A stretch of 64,000 bases of DNA, taken from positions 13,009 through 77,008 of the forward strand of contig DATNMH010000005.1 of the NCBI GenBank assembly GCA_035602395.1. Reading direction: 5' to 3'. Each line of letters starts with the position of its first letter. Position 1 is the first letter of the stretch. This stretch comes from Candidatus Acidiferrum sp. Lineage in GTDB: Bacteria > Chloroflexota > Dormibacteria > CF-121. The notes below the pieces were generated by a model that made no database searches, was not told the origin of the DNA, and worked only from the letters and a program-made list of their open reading frames with translations. The position numbers and the translations under genes are program-made. Below are positions 35,323-45,158 of the stretch, piece by piece.

Positions 35323-37651
35323 ACTTAAAACTGAATTTATCCCGCTGCTGCCGCTGAACAACGCGGTGGTGCTGCCCGGCATGATCGTCACCATCCCGGT
35401 CGAGCGCGAGGAGGCCGGGGCCGCCATCGCCGCTGCGCGCGAGGGCGATCGTCTCGTCTTGCTCGTCCCACGCGTCGAAGGTAAGTACGCCAGCATCGGA
35501 ACCGTCGCCAAAATCGAGGATTCCCGGAAACTGCCGAACGGCGTCGACGTCGCCATTCTGCAGGGCCTGCATCGTGCCTCTGTCGGGAGCGCAGCCGCGG
35601 GCACCGGCCCGGCGCTGCGGGTGTTTGCCCAGCACGCCGAGGACGTCAACCCGCTAACGGAGACCGCGCACGTCCTCGCCCGCGAGTACAAGGCGCTGAT
35701 CGAAAACCTGCTGGAGCTGCGCGACCAGAGCGAGGTGTTCCAGATGGTCCGGAACATCGACCGCCCGGCGCAGCTATCTGACCTGGCGGGCTACTCGCCC
35801 GATCTCTCCCTCGAGAAGAAGGTGGAGATCCTCGAAACCCTCGACGTCGAGCAGCGTCTCAAGAAGCTGATCGCCTGGACGCGCGATACGCTCGCCGACG
35901 CATCGTTGAAGAACAAGATTCGCAGCGATGTCGCGGAGGGGATGGAGAAGCGCCAGCGCGAGTTCCTCCTGCGTCAGCAGATGGATGCGATCAAGAAGGA
36001 GCTCGGCGAGGGCGATTCGGACATCGCCGCCGACTACCGGAAGAAGATCGAGGAGGCCGGCATGCCGGAGGCCGTCCGCAAAGAGGTCGAGCGCGAGCTC
36101 GGACGCCTGGAGCGGACCAGCGACCAGAACCCGGAGGCCGGATGGATCCGGAACTACCTGGACTGGATGCTCGACATGCCCTGGAACAAGCGCACCCCCG
36201 ACCAGTTCGACGTCGCCGAGGCACGGCGCGTCCTCGATGAGGACCACACCGGGCTGGATGACGTCAAGGATCGCATCATCGAGTTCCTCGCCGTTCGCAA
36301 GCGGCGTGATTCCCGCGGGCTGGCGCTCGCCGGCGGACGCGGCTCGGGCGCGATCATCACCCTGGTGGGACCGCCCGGCGTCGGCAAGACCTCGCTCGGC
36401 GAGTCGGTCGCACGGGCCCTGGGTCGGAAGTTCACCCGCATCTCGCTCGGCGGCATCCACGACGAGGCCGAGATCCGCGGACATCGCCGCACCTATGTCG
36501 GCGCGCTGCCCGGACGGATCGCCCGCGCCCTGAAAGAGGCGGGCACGAAAAACCCGGTGATCATGCTCGACGAGATCGACAAGGTCGGCAGCGACTATCG
36601 AGGCGACCCCTCGTCGGCGCTGCTCGAGGTGCTCGACCCGGCGCAGAACCACTCGTTCCGCGACCACTACCTCGAGGTCGACCTCGACCTTTCTGAAGTG
36701 TTGTTCATCCCGACGGCCAACGTCGCGGACACCATCCCCGGGCCGCTGCTCGACCGGATGGAAATCATCCGGCTCGACGGCTACACGGAAGAGGAGAAGC
36801 TCGCCATCGGGCGCGACCACCTGCTCAAGCGCCAGCTGGAACGCAATGGGCTCACCGCCGAAGAAGTGGTGGTGAATGACGACGCCATCCGGCGGATCAT
36901 CGTCGACCACACGCGGGAGGCGGGCGTCCGCAACCTGGAGCGCGAGCTCGGACGGTTGCTCCGCAAAGTCGCGACCCAGATCGAGGCGGGCAAGGCGCAA
37001 GCCCCGATCCAGGTGACCGGGGACGACGTCAAGACCTACCTCGGTCGGGCGAAGTTCCACGAGGAAGTCGCCGAGCGGACCTCCGTTCCAGGCGTTGCAA
37101 CCGGCCTGGCCGTGACTGGCATCGGTGGCGAAGTGCTGTTCATCGAAGCCGCCGCCATGGATGGCCAGAAGGGGCTCACCCTGACCGGCCAGCTGGGCGA
37201 TGTTATGAAGGAGTCGGCGCAGATCGGACTGTCGTACGTGCGCTCGCACGCGACCGAGCTCGGCATCGCGGCCGGCTTTGAAGAGAAGGCGATCCACGTC
37301 CACGTGCCGGCCGGCGCCGTGCCGAAGGACGGGCCGTCCGCGGGCGTCACTATGGTGACGGCGCTGGTCAGCCTGTTCAGCGGGCGACCGGTGCGACCGA
37401 CGGTGGGCATGACCGGCGAGGTCACGCTGCAGGGCAAGGTGCTGCCGATTGGCGGCGTCAAGCAGAAGCTGCTGGCCGCGCACCGCGCCGGGCTGACCGA
37501 AGTCATCCTGCCGTACCGCAACGAGGCGGACCTCGACGATCTGCCACAGAGCGTGCGGGACGCCATGACGATCCACCTCGCGAAGGATGTACGCCAGGTG
37601 CTCGACTGGGCCCTGGAGCCGAAGAGCGAGACGCTGACGCAGGCCGCATAA
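35315..37651 (+). CDS. lon: ATP-dependent Lon protease
   Basis: Start ATG at 35315 (MPELKTEFIPLLPL...), 8 nt overlap with adk. Walker A GPPGVGKTS. Ser-Lys dyad region (DGPSAGVTMVTALVS...KQK). Confidence 0.92.
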   Translation: MPELKTEFIPLLPLNNAVVLPGMIVTIPVEREEAGAAIAAAREGDRLVLLVPRVEGKYASIGTVAKIEDSRKLPNGVDVAILQGLHRASVGSAAAGTGPALRVFAQHAEDVNPLTETAHVLAREYKALIENLLELRDQSEVFQMVRNIDRPAQLSDLAGYSPDLSLEKKVEILETLDVEQRLKKLIAWTRDTLADASLKNKIRSDVAEGMEKRQREFLLRQQMDAIKKELGEGDSDIAADYRKKIEEAGMPEAVRKEVERELGRLERTSDQNPEAGWIRNYLDWMLDMPWNKRTPDQFDVAEARRVLDEDHTGLDDVKDRIIEFLAVRKRRDSRGLALAGGRGSGAIITLVGPPGVGKTSLGESVARALGRKFTRISLGGIHDEAEIRGHRRTYVGALPGRIARALKEAGTKNPVIMLDEIDKVGSDYRGDPSSALLEVLDPAQNHSFRDHYLEVDLDLSEVLFIPTANVADTIPGPLLDRMEIIRLDGYTEEEKLAIGRDHLLKRQLERNGLTAEEVVVNDDAIRRIIVDHTREAGVRNLERELGRLLRKVATQIEAGKAQAPIQVTGDDVKTYLGRAKFHEEVAERTSVPGVATGLAVTGIGGEVLFIEAAAMDGQKGLTLTGQLGDVMKESAQIGLSYVRSHATELGIAAGFEEKAIHVHVPAGAVPKDGPSAGVTMVTALVSLFSGRPVRPTVGMTGEVTLQGKVLPIGGVKQKLLAAHRAGLTEVILPYRNEADLDDLPQSVRDAMTIHLAKDVRQVLDWALEPKSETLTQAA

Positions 37652-37661
37652 CGAGGCTCGC

Positions 37662-38051
37662 ATGAGCCGGGCTTTTGTCAAAGAAGGCGATTCGACGACG
37701 AGCGGATCCCTGGTAGATCGGTTCTACCAGGGATTACTCGATCTCAGTGATCCGGCCAGGGCCCTGGTCGGCAAACGCCAGGAGCAGGCCTGGCTCACGT
37801 CGCAGCCCAAGGTTGAGGCAGCCCGCCGCCAGGCACTCGATGCGCTCGGCGCTGATTCCTATCGCGAGATCTTCGATGCCGCCGCGGAGCGCGCCGGGGA
37901 TCCGCCACAAACTCCGACCTGGTGGGCCGCCGGCGATGCGGCCACGGGCCTCGCCGCCCGCCGGCATCTCGACCCGGACGAGTTTGCACTCCTGGTCGGG
38001 CCGCTCGGGGTCGCCCTGCCCTGGTTGAAGGACGCCGCGAACCAGTCCTGA
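37662..38051 (+). CDS. hypothetical protein
   Basis: 129-aa ORF directly after lon. No recognised motif. Confidence 0.4.
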   Translation: MSRAFVKEGDSTTSGSLVDRFYQGLLDLSDPARALVGKRQEQAWLTSQPKVEAARRQALDALGADSYREIFDAAAERAGDPPQTPTWWAAGDAATGLAARRHLDPDEFALLVGPLGVALPWLKDAANQS

Positions 38052-38066
38052 ATCGGACCCAGCCAC

Positions 38067-38294
38067 TCAGCCGGCACACATGATGAGCTGACCGCCGCAG
38101 CTCGGGCATAGTTCCATATCGCACCCGAAATGATGAACCCCGCCTTGTTTGACGCCACACTCTTCGCAGCGCTCCAACGCGTCAGCAGAATGTCGAACGC
38201 GGTCGAACCGTTTGTCTCCGACTGTCACGACAAAGGTCGTCACGCAGCTGGGCGCCAGGCGCATTTCGCGGTGACAATCCGGGCAGGCGGCCAT
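38067..38294 (-). CDS. small zinc-ribbon protein (multiple CxxC pairs)
   Basis: 75 aa with CPDC, CEEC and CPSC pairs. Transcribed divergently from the DUF222-HNH gene. Confidence 0.35.
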   Translation of the reverse strand: MAACPDCHREMRLAPSCVTTFVVTVGDKRFDRVRHSADALERCEECGVKQGGVHHFGCDMELCPSCGGQLIMCAG

Positions 38295-38315
38295 GTGATC
38301 GACGCTAGCAGCCCC

Positions 38316-38430
38316 TTTTGACAGCTGTCTGTCGCGTGCGGCAGAGCTGCCGCCTCGGCATTCGGCACCGATTTGGCCCGTGACTGAGCGCGAAGCGAGT
38401 ACATCTTTGGGTTATTGACACGCAGCTGTC
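38316..38430. repeat. inverted copies of the 10-mer TTGACAGCTG (38316-38325 and, reverse-complemented, 38421-38430), plus palindrome GCGGCAGAGCTGCCGC (38337-38352)
   Basis: Direct inspection of the divergent promoter region between the zinc-ribbon gene and the DUF222-HNH gene. Confidence 0.45.
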
Positions 38431-38454
38431 AAAGCCGGGCTTCATCATCGACGC

Positions 38455-39681
38455 ATGGCCGCATCAGGCAGCGTCATCGCGCTGAGGCAAAGCGAAGCGA
38501 AGGCCGCGGGCGAGCAGCTGAAGGCTGCCGTGAAACGAGTGTCGGCTACGGCTCAGGAAGCCGATGGCGCTGAGCTCGGCGAGCTGCTCATCTTGATCCG
38601 CGAGGCTGGAATCGACCCGCTGGAAGCGGCCTTCGCAACCGGCGTGCGACGGTTCGACAAATCGGGTGAATACGCCGCCGATGGCGCGTTGAACGTCACC
38701 GCCTGGCTGAAGTGGAAGTGCAAGCTGTCGGGAGGCGCCGCCGCGGAGCGGGTTGAAATCGGCAAGCAGCTGGAACGTCTGCCAAAGACGGAAGAGGCCT
38801 TCGCTCGTGGACAGCTCGGCTACCAGCATGTCGCGCTGATGGCGCGAACCGCTGAGAGCGTTGGCGCGGCCGCGGTGCGCGGCGAAGAAGGCAACCTGCT
38901 GAAATCCGCGCAGGCAATGGACCCGGGACAGTTCCTGACCGTGGTCAAGAACTTTGAACACCGTGTCGATTCCGCGGCCGCTCTCGCCGAGACGAACCGT
39001 GCCTATCAGCGCCGCTATCTCCACATAGGCGAGCCGGTAGCCGGCGCCGTACGCATCGACGGGTTGCTTGATGCCGAAGGCGGAGCAACGGTGCGGGCGG
39101 CGCTGGCCGGACTGATGAAGCCGACCAACGATGACCAGCGGAGCCACGGGCAGCGCTGTGCCGATGCCCTGGTGGAGTTCTGCCGTCGGGGACCCGGCAG
39201 CCAGCGCAAGAGCTCGGGCCCGCGACCCCAGATGATCATCCGTGCCAGCCTTGAAACCCTGGCGGGTATCGCCGGCGCTCCTGCCGGCGAGCTAGAAGGC
39301 GGTGGCACGGTGCCTGCGGAAACCGTGCAGCGTTACGCGTGCGATTCGGCGATTGTCCGGATGACCGGACGTACCGAGCTCGAGCATGAGCTCAACCACG
39401 CGACCCGCACGTTGCCGGCATCGACCCGGCGCTCGCTCGAGGCACGAGACCGCCGTTGCGTCTGGCCCGGATGCGGCCGGCCCGCAGACTGGTGCGATGG
39501 ACATCACCTGGTCTGGTGGACAAGAGGGGGTGAAACGGCACTACCGAATCTCGCCCTCATTTGCCGACCCCATCACCGACTGGTTCACGAGGGAGGCTGG
39601 TCCCTCCAACGGAAGGCGAATGTGTGGCATGCTGCGCCGCCGGACAAGATCCCGGCCAGACGCTTTGCTCGCCGCGAATGA
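38455..39681 (+). CDS. DUF222 domain-containing HNH endonuclease (REP13E12-like family)
   Basis: 408 aa. N-terminal DUF222 region. C-terminal HNH motifs (CVWPGCGRPADWCDGHHLVWW...CRPHHRLVHEGGW). Confidence 0.8.
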   Translation: MAASGSVIALRQSEAKAAGEQLKAAVKRVSATAQEADGAELGELLILIREAGIDPLEAAFATGVRRFDKSGEYAADGALNVTAWLKWKCKLSGGAAAERVEIGKQLERLPKTEEAFARGQLGYQHVALMARTAESVGAAAVRGEEGNLLKSAQAMDPGQFLTVVKNFEHRVDSAAALAETNRAYQRRYLHIGEPVAGAVRIDGLLDAEGGATVRAALAGLMKPTNDDQRSHGQRCADALVEFCRRGPGSQRKSSGPRPQMIIRASLETLAGIAGAPAGELEGGGTVPAETVQRYACDSAIVRMTGRTELEHELNHATRTLPASTRRSLEARDRRCVWPGCGRPADWCDGHHLVWWTRGGETALPNLALICRPHHRLVHEGGWSLQRKANVWHAAPPDKIPARRFARRE

Positions 39682-39692
39682 GCCAGGTTAGC

Positions 39693-40427
39693 TCAGGTCG
39701 TGCTCTGAGCCGCTCTGGCGAAGCCCTGGAACAGACGACGCACCCATGGAATTTCATCGATCTCTTCGGGGTGCCACTGGACCGCGATCAGAAACCGGCG
39801 ATCCGCTGATTCGAGCGCTTCGATCACGCCGTCATCGGCAGTCCCGGTGACCCGCAGCGGCTTGGCGACCGTCTTCACTGCCTGGTGATGCATACTGTTG
39901 ACCTCGATGCTGGTCTCGTCGATCAGCTGCGCCAGCCGCGACCCGGGATCGAGGCGTACCCGATGAAGCAGGGCGTTCCGCGCCCGGCCATCCGCGTCCG
40001 AATGATCGATGGTCGTGACTCCCTGGTATCGAAGATCCTGGTAGAGGCTGCCTCCTAACGCCACGTTGAGCACTTGCTGACCGCGGCAGATGCCTAGCGT
40101 GGGCAGGTCGTCGGCAAACGCCCAGCGCGCAAGGCGTAACTCCATCCGGTCGCGATCTGCCTGCACGACTACATTCGCGCCGTCGATTAGCTCCTCGCCA
40201 AATTCCTTGGGTGCCACATCGGCACCACCAGGAAAGACAATCCCATCCAAACGCTCGTAGATCGATCTCAAACGATCGTCGTCTGCGAGAAGGGGAATCA
40301 ATATGGGCGCGCATCCGGCGGCACTTAGTGCTCTTACGTAGCTCTGATTTATCCCGAAGCGCGGGGGCGGCTTCCGGTCTCCCGATATAGCCAGTGTGGG
40401 TAAGCCAACCAGCGGGAAGCGGCTCAA
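39693..40427 (-). CDS. gamma-glutamyl-GABA hydrolase-like class I glutamine amidotransferase (peptidase C26, PuuD family)
   Basis: Catalytic triad context (LGICRGQQVLNVALGG, ...WHPEE). Confidence 0.8.
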   Translation of the reverse strand: MSRFPLVGLPTLAISGDRKPPPRFGINQSYVRALSAAGCAPILIPLLADDDRLRSIYERLDGIVFPGGADVAPKEFGEELIDGANVVVQADRDRMELRLARWAFADDLPTLGICRGQQVLNVALGGSLYQDLRYQGVTTIDHSDADGRARNALLHRVRLDPGSRLAQLIDETSIEVNSMHHQAVKTVAKPLRVTGTADDGVIEALESADRRFLIAVQWHPEEIDEIPWVRRLFQGFARAAQSTT

Positions 40428-41758
40428 CTCGTGAACGTAAAAGCCTTCAGGTGAACGGCCGGCACCCGGGAGGCGCCAATGAACTCGCCGATCTGCAGCT
40501 TGGTCGTCTTGCCGACCGCCAGCGTTCCATCGAGCGCTTCCAACATGCTCTGCGTGAAGCGGAGATCTTTTACCGGGCGCGTGACCTTGCCGTTTTCGAT
40601 GAGGAACGTGCCGTCGCGGGTCATGCCGGTGATGATCGACAGCTTGGGATGGACGATCCGCACGTACCAGAACCGGGTGACCCAGATGCCGCGCTTGATG
40701 CCCGAGATGAGATCCGGCTTGGCGACCGATCCCGGCTGCATGAAGAGGTTGACGGCGTACGGGCCTTCGGTGTTCGGTGCAGGCAGGCCGTGGCCCGTCG
40801 ACTGGCGGCCTTCCTGGGTCGCCGTCATCATGTCGTAGACCACACCGCTCGCGACCCCTTTCTTGATCAAGTCGACACGTTGCTTGGGCACGCCTTCGAA
40901 ATCGAAGGGCGCTGGAAGGCCTGAGGCGTCGAGACCATCGTCCCAGATGGTGATCGCATCCCCGGTGATGCGCTCGCCCAACCGCATGAAGCTGCGATCT
41001 TCCTCGACCGCGAGGGCGCTGAACCCGGTGTAGCTCATGAACTCGAGCATCTCTGCCACGGCGTACTCTTCGAGTACGACCTCATAGACACCGGGCTCGA
41101 TGGGCTGCGCATTCTGGTTTCGCTGCGCCTTGTCGATCACGTCGTCGGCCACCTCGTTCTTGTCGAGGTCCTGCACGTTAATCGCCCCGCGATCGGCATA
41201 GCCCGAGCCTGCCTCGCCCATGACAACGGAATTTATCGTCGCCTCGGTCGAGCGATGGTGGTGATAGACACCGAGCGAGTTGGCGATGGCGAACTGCTCG
41301 GATCCGGTACTGAACGCGCCGAAGGCCTTGAGTCCGGCGCGCCTCGCCCTGGCGCAGATTGCCTCGACGAAGTCCGCGCGCTCTTCGGGCGTCGCCGCCG
41401 CGGTCGCGTCCGACCATGCCTCGACTGGCTGGCTCTTCGCCGGCCCAGGCATGGGCACCACCTCGCCCTTTGATTGCAGATCGGCAATGGCGATGGCTCG
41501 CTTGAGGACGTCGACGGCGGCCGACTCGTTTATCTGGTTGATCGAGGCCACCCCCGTCTTGCCGTCCTTGACCACGCGGACGCGTACGCTCACGTCGCGT
41601 TCGGCGACGTTCTGATGGATGCCGTTGTTGGCGAACCGGGTAAGCGCACTGTCCCACTCGGTGACCATGACCTCGGTTTGGGCCGCCGGCGAAGCCTGCA
41701 GCAGCTTGTCGATGAAGCGCTTGACCTCACCCCGGTCGGTGAGCCGCGCGGCTTCCAT
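40424..41758 (-). CDS. pmbA: metalloprotease PmbA/TldE
   Basis: Start at the internal Met (MEAARLTDRGEV) immediately after the tldD stop. TldD/PmbA family fold. The 485-aa ORF call overlaps tldD. Confidence 0.8.
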   Translation of the reverse strand: MEAARLTDRGEVKRFIDKLLQASPAAQTEVMVTEWDSALTRFANNGIHQNVAERDVSVRVRVVKDGKTGVASINQINESAAVDVLKRAIAIADLQSKGEVVPMPGPAKSQPVEAWSDATAAATPEERADFVEAICARARRAGLKAFGAFSTGSEQFAIANSLGVYHHHRSTEATINSVVMGEAGSGYADRGAINVQDLDKNEVADDVIDKAQRNQNAQPIEPGVYEVVLEEYAVAEMLEFMSYTGFSALAVEEDRSFMRLGERITGDAITIWDDGLDASGLPAPFDFEGVPKQRVDLIKKGVASGVVYDMMTATQEGRQSTGHGLPAPNTEGPYAVNLFMQPGSVAKPDLISGIKRGIWVTRFWYVRIVHPKLSIITGMTRDGTFLIENGKVTRPVKDLRFTQSMLEALDGTLAVGKTTKLQIGEFIGASRVPAVHLKAFTFTS

Positions 41759-41763
41759 GCTTT

Positions 41764-43206
41764 TCACTTGAGGATGCCGACCTTGACGTGCTGGAAGCGT
41801 GCCGGCGCGGCACCGTGCGCGACATGGGCCGTCTGCGGCGGCTGGCCTTTGCCGCAGTTGGCCAGCCCCCAGACGGACCATTCATTGCGACCGGCGACTG
41901 CGTCGCAGGAGTTCCAGAACTCGGGAGTGATGCCAGCGTAGGTCGCGTTCTTCAGCAGACGCCCCCGCTTACCGTTGACGATCTCGTAAGCGAGCTGCGT
42001 GCCGAACTGGAAGTTGAGCCGCTTGTCGTCGATGCTCCAACTCCTGTTTGTCTCCATATACACGCCATCTTTGGTTTCGGCGATCATCTGATCGAGCGAG
42101 GAGTCGCCCGGCTGCAGGTTGACGTTCGTCATCCGGATCAATGGAATGCGGTTCCAGCCATCCGCCCGCATGGTGCCGTTGCTCGGCTGGCCGAGGACAC
42201 TCGCGGTCTCCCGTGAAGTCAGGTAGCCGACGAAGAGGCCCTCTTTGATCAGGAACGATTGCTGGGCAGGCACGCCCTCATCGTCCCAGCCGAAGGTGCC
42301 GAGGCCGCTCGGGGTCAGGGCATCGGCAGTGATCGTCACCTGCGGCGAGCCGTACTGGAGGTGGTTCAGTTTCTCGGGCGTCATGAAACTTGTGCCTGCG
42401 TAGGCCGCCTCCATGCCAAACACTCGGTCCAGTTCCGTCGGATGGCCGCAGGACTCGTGGATCTGCAGTGCCGTCTGGCTGGCGTCGAGGATCAACGTCT
42501 TGACCCCGCTCGGGCATTGTGGCGCGGTCAGCAGCGCGACCGCCTCCTCACCGATACGCTGGCCGTGTCGATCGAGCTGCATCGCGGTGATGTACTCGTA
42601 GCCTCCGGAGCCCTGGTGCCTCCCGAAGGAATTCGGGTAGGAGCGGTTCTGCACCTCGTCCGGTGAGGTGGCGGTCGCCTCGATGCCCGCGCCGCTTTCG
42701 TACAGCTCCTGTTCGGTGAACGCGCCTTCGGTCGAGGCGAACACCTTCCGCTGGCGGAGGAACTCCATCGAGCCCTCGCGGATGCTGACGCCCTTGACCG
42801 CGCCCATCGCCGCATCGGCGCGCAGCAGCAGGTCGACCTTTTCGCTGAGTGGCACGCTAAACGGGTCACGTTCGAGCGGCGTCCGGTAGCGACCCCGCGA
42901 CGTGACCGCCGGCCCCAGATCGACCGGGGCGGAACGGACGCGCGCACTAGCCCGAGCGATCCGAATGGCGCGATCGACGACCTCCTCGACCTCCGCCCGC
43001 TCGAGCCGGGCGCTGCCAGCGAAGCCCCAGGCGCCGTCGACGAGGACGCGAACGCCAAACCCCTCGCTGGCATCGTCGGACACAGCGGCCAGCTGCCCGT
43101 TCTTGACGATGATGTCCTGCTGAACGTGTTCGTCGAGGCGGACGTCGGCATAGCCGGCGCCTTTCACCTGGGCCGCGTTGAGCGCGGCTTCAGCCAGATC
43201 TTTCAT
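41764..43206 (-). CDS. tldD: metalloprotease TldD
   Basis: 480 aa with an HExxxH-like motif (IHESCGHPTELD) and a conserved TldD C-terminus. Confidence 0.9.
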   Translation of the reverse strand: MKDLAEAALNAAQVKGAGYADVRLDEHVQQDIIVKNGQLAAVSDDASEGFGVRVLVDGAWGFAGSARLERAEVEEVVDRAIRIARASARVRSAPVDLGPAVTSRGRYRTPLERDPFSVPLSEKVDLLLRADAAMGAVKGVSIREGSMEFLRQRKVFASTEGAFTEQELYESGAGIEATATSPDEVQNRSYPNSFGRHQGSGGYEYITAMQLDRHGQRIGEEAVALLTAPQCPSGVKTLILDASQTALQIHESCGHPTELDRVFGMEAAYAGTSFMTPEKLNHLQYGSPQVTITADALTPSGLGTFGWDDEGVPAQQSFLIKEGLFVGYLTSRETASVLGQPSNGTMRADGWNRIPLIRMTNVNLQPGDSSLDQMIAETKDGVYMETNRSWSIDDKRLNFQFGTQLAYEIVNGKRGRLLKNATYAGITPEFWNSCDAVAGRNEWSVWGLANCGKGQPPQTAHVAHGAAPARFQHVKVGILK

Positions 43207-43229
43207 TGGACAAGACTAGCGATTGGAAT

Positions 43230-43316
43230 AGTTACACGGTGACTTGAGCGCGCCGGTTGCGCCGTCCAGCGCCGGCGCGTTAGGCGCGAAAGCGCGGCTC
43301 GCCCTGCGGGCTCGCT
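43230..43316. repeat. structured GC-rich intergenic repeat, copy A (short form)
   Basis: AGTTACACGGTGACTT-N3-CGCGCCGG-TTGCGCCGTCCAGC-GCCGGCGCG-TTAGGCGCGAAAGCGCGGCTCGCCCTGCGGGCTCGCT. The same modules recur at 52657-52805. A CGCGCCGG/CCGGCGCG stem and a GCGC-GAAA-GCGC tetraloop hairpin are present. Confidence 0.6.
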
Positions 43317-43328
43317 CAAGGGGACTCG

Positions 43329-45137
43329 TTACTGGCTGACGTACCAATCGGCGGATTGGTTCATCCACCAGAATTCGTTGCCCTTGTAGCCGCCCAGCTT
43401 CTTGGTGTAGGCCTCGACGTCGACCGCCTGGTAGAGCGGAATCTCGGGGACGACGTCGGCCAGCCGCTTCTGGGCCACGATGTACTTGTCCTTCCGGTCC
43501 GACAGCCTGACCGACAGCCGGGCCTGGTCGAGCGCCTGGTCGAGCTGCGGGTCGCTGATAAAGGTCGTGTTCTGCCCGGCGCACCCGTTGGCGTCGGTTG
43601 GGATCTGGGAGCTGTGGTAGGCGGTGTACGCCAGTGAATCGGGCTCCGCCGGGTAGCTGTAGTTGTTGGTGTACATCGCGAGATCGAAGTTGTGGCTGTA
43701 GATGATCCCGCCGCTGGTGCAAGAGCCGAACATCCGGCTCGCCGGGACGTTGGCGAACGGCTTGATGATCTGGATCCCGATCCCCGCGAGATCGGAGGCG
43801 ATCACGACCTCCTGCTCCTCGCGCAGCGGCAAGGTGGTCGTGATCAGGTGCAGCTGCACGCAACGTCCCTGCGGATCGGTGCGAAATCCCTTGCAGGGTC
43901 CGGAGGTCTGGAGCGTGTATCCCGCGTTGTTCAACAGGTCGTTGGCCGCCTTCTGATCGGTCGGCGTGTGTTTGGCGTTCGGATCCAGGCACCAGGCGCC
44001 GGTCTGGATGCACATCCAGGCGTCCGGAGGCACCACCGTCCGGCCGAGCAGCAACGTGTCCACGATCCGCTGCCGGTCGATCGCCATCAGGATCGCCTTT
44101 CGCAGGGCGACGTCCTTGAGGAAGGTGTTGTGCAGGTTGATGTCGAGGTGCTCAGCGGCACTGTCCAGGATCGTCACCGTGGTGACATCGCTCTGCCTGG
44201 AGAGCGATGGCAGCAACGACGGCCGCAGGTCCAGCGCCATGTCCACGGTGTTGGTGCGCAGATCGTTGAGCTCCGTGTTCGCGTCGGCATCGAATTTCAC
44301 CCGGATCTCGTTGAGGTAGGGGCGACCACCACCACCCCACCAGTGGGGATTTCTCACCAGCGTCAGGTGGTCCCCGGTCACCCACTCCTTGAACATGAAG
44401 GGACCCGTGCCGACCATGACCTTGTCGAGCGTGTCCGAGCCGCTGTAGCCACCTGGAATGCTGACCGTGACCTTATCGTGCGTGATATCCCCCGTCTGGG
44501 CCCAGACCTGCTGCAGCAAGTGCTCGGGGAGGACGCCGTACGGCCCGGTTCCCAGCGTCAGGTAGGCGGCGTAGACGATGTTGAAATGGATGATGGCGGT
44601 GAAGTCGTCCGGCAGATCGACGCTACCCACCTGGTCCCAGCCGCTGGTCGATATCAGTGGCGTCGGGTTCTTGTCGCGGTACTTGAGCCACCAGAAGTCG
44701 AAGGTCGCCTTGACATCCTTGGAGGTGAAGGCCACGCCGTCGTGCCACTTGACCCCGTGTCGCAATTTCCAGGTCACGTCCATCTTGTTGCCGCTGACTT
44801 TCACGTCTCCGTTTTCCAGCGTGGGGACCTCCGTGGCCAGTTCCGGAACCCAGTAATCGGACAGCTTCGGATTGGTGGGTAGCGGGTCCTGGTTGGCCTT
44901 GACGGTCAGCAGCCCTTCCATCGCCGGGTTGATGTAGGCACACGCGTGCGATGCGGCGGCTGTGATGTTGCAGGCTAGCAAGCTGTCCTGCTCCTGCCAC
45001 GAGGCAACGGTGAGCTTCCCACCCGCCTTGGGCGACGATGTTGTCGTGCTGGTCGTCGGCGCGCACGCACCCAGGACCACCGTGCCCGCGGCTGCGACCA
45101 CAAGCAGGCGCAACCAGCGCGGGCAGGTTCCTGTCAT
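43329..45137 (-). CDS. ABC transporter substrate-binding protein, family 5 (peptide/nickel type), lipoprotein
   Basis: Signal peptide with lipobox (VVLGACAPT). SBP_bac_5 fold over 602 aa. Confidence 0.85.
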   Translation of the reverse strand: MTGTCPRWLRLLVVAAAGTVVLGACAPTTSTTTSSPKAGGKLTVASWQEQDSLLACNITAAASHACAYINPAMEGLLTVKANQDPLPTNPKLSDYWVPELATEVPTLENGDVKVSGNKMDVTWKLRHGVKWHDGVAFTSKDVKATFDFWWLKYRDKNPTPLISTSGWDQVGSVDLPDDFTAIIHFNIVYAAYLTLGTGPYGVLPEHLLQQVWAQTGDITHDKVTVSIPGGYSGSDTLDKVMVGTGPFMFKEWVTGDHLTLVRNPHWWGGGGRPYLNEIRVKFDADANTELNDLRTNTVDMALDLRPSLLPSLSRQSDVTTVTILDSAAEHLDINLHNTFLKDVALRKAILMAIDRQRIVDTLLLGRTVVPPDAWMCIQTGAWCLDPNAKHTPTDQKAANDLLNNAGYTLQTSGPCKGFRTDPQGRCVQLHLITTTLPLREEQEVVIASDLAGIGIQIIKPFANVPASRMFGSCTSGGIIYSHNFDLAMYTNNYSYPAEPDSLAYTAYHSSQIPTDANGCAGQNTTFISDPQLDQALDQARLSVRLSDRKDKYIVAQKRLADVVPEIPLYQAVDVEAYTKKLGGYKGNEFWWMNQSADWYVSQ

Positions 45138-45158
45138 AGACCCTCCGATATTGGGCGC

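Noticed and set aside
35774-37681. 635-aa minus-strand ORF inside lon
   Set aside because: It is a long antisense ORF typical of GC-rich genes. lon on the + strand has unambiguous conserved motifs.
40424-41881. 485-aa call for pmbA starting at 41881
   Set aside because: The first 41 codons overlap the tldD 3' end. The PmbA homology starts at the Met at 41758, immediately after the tldD stop.
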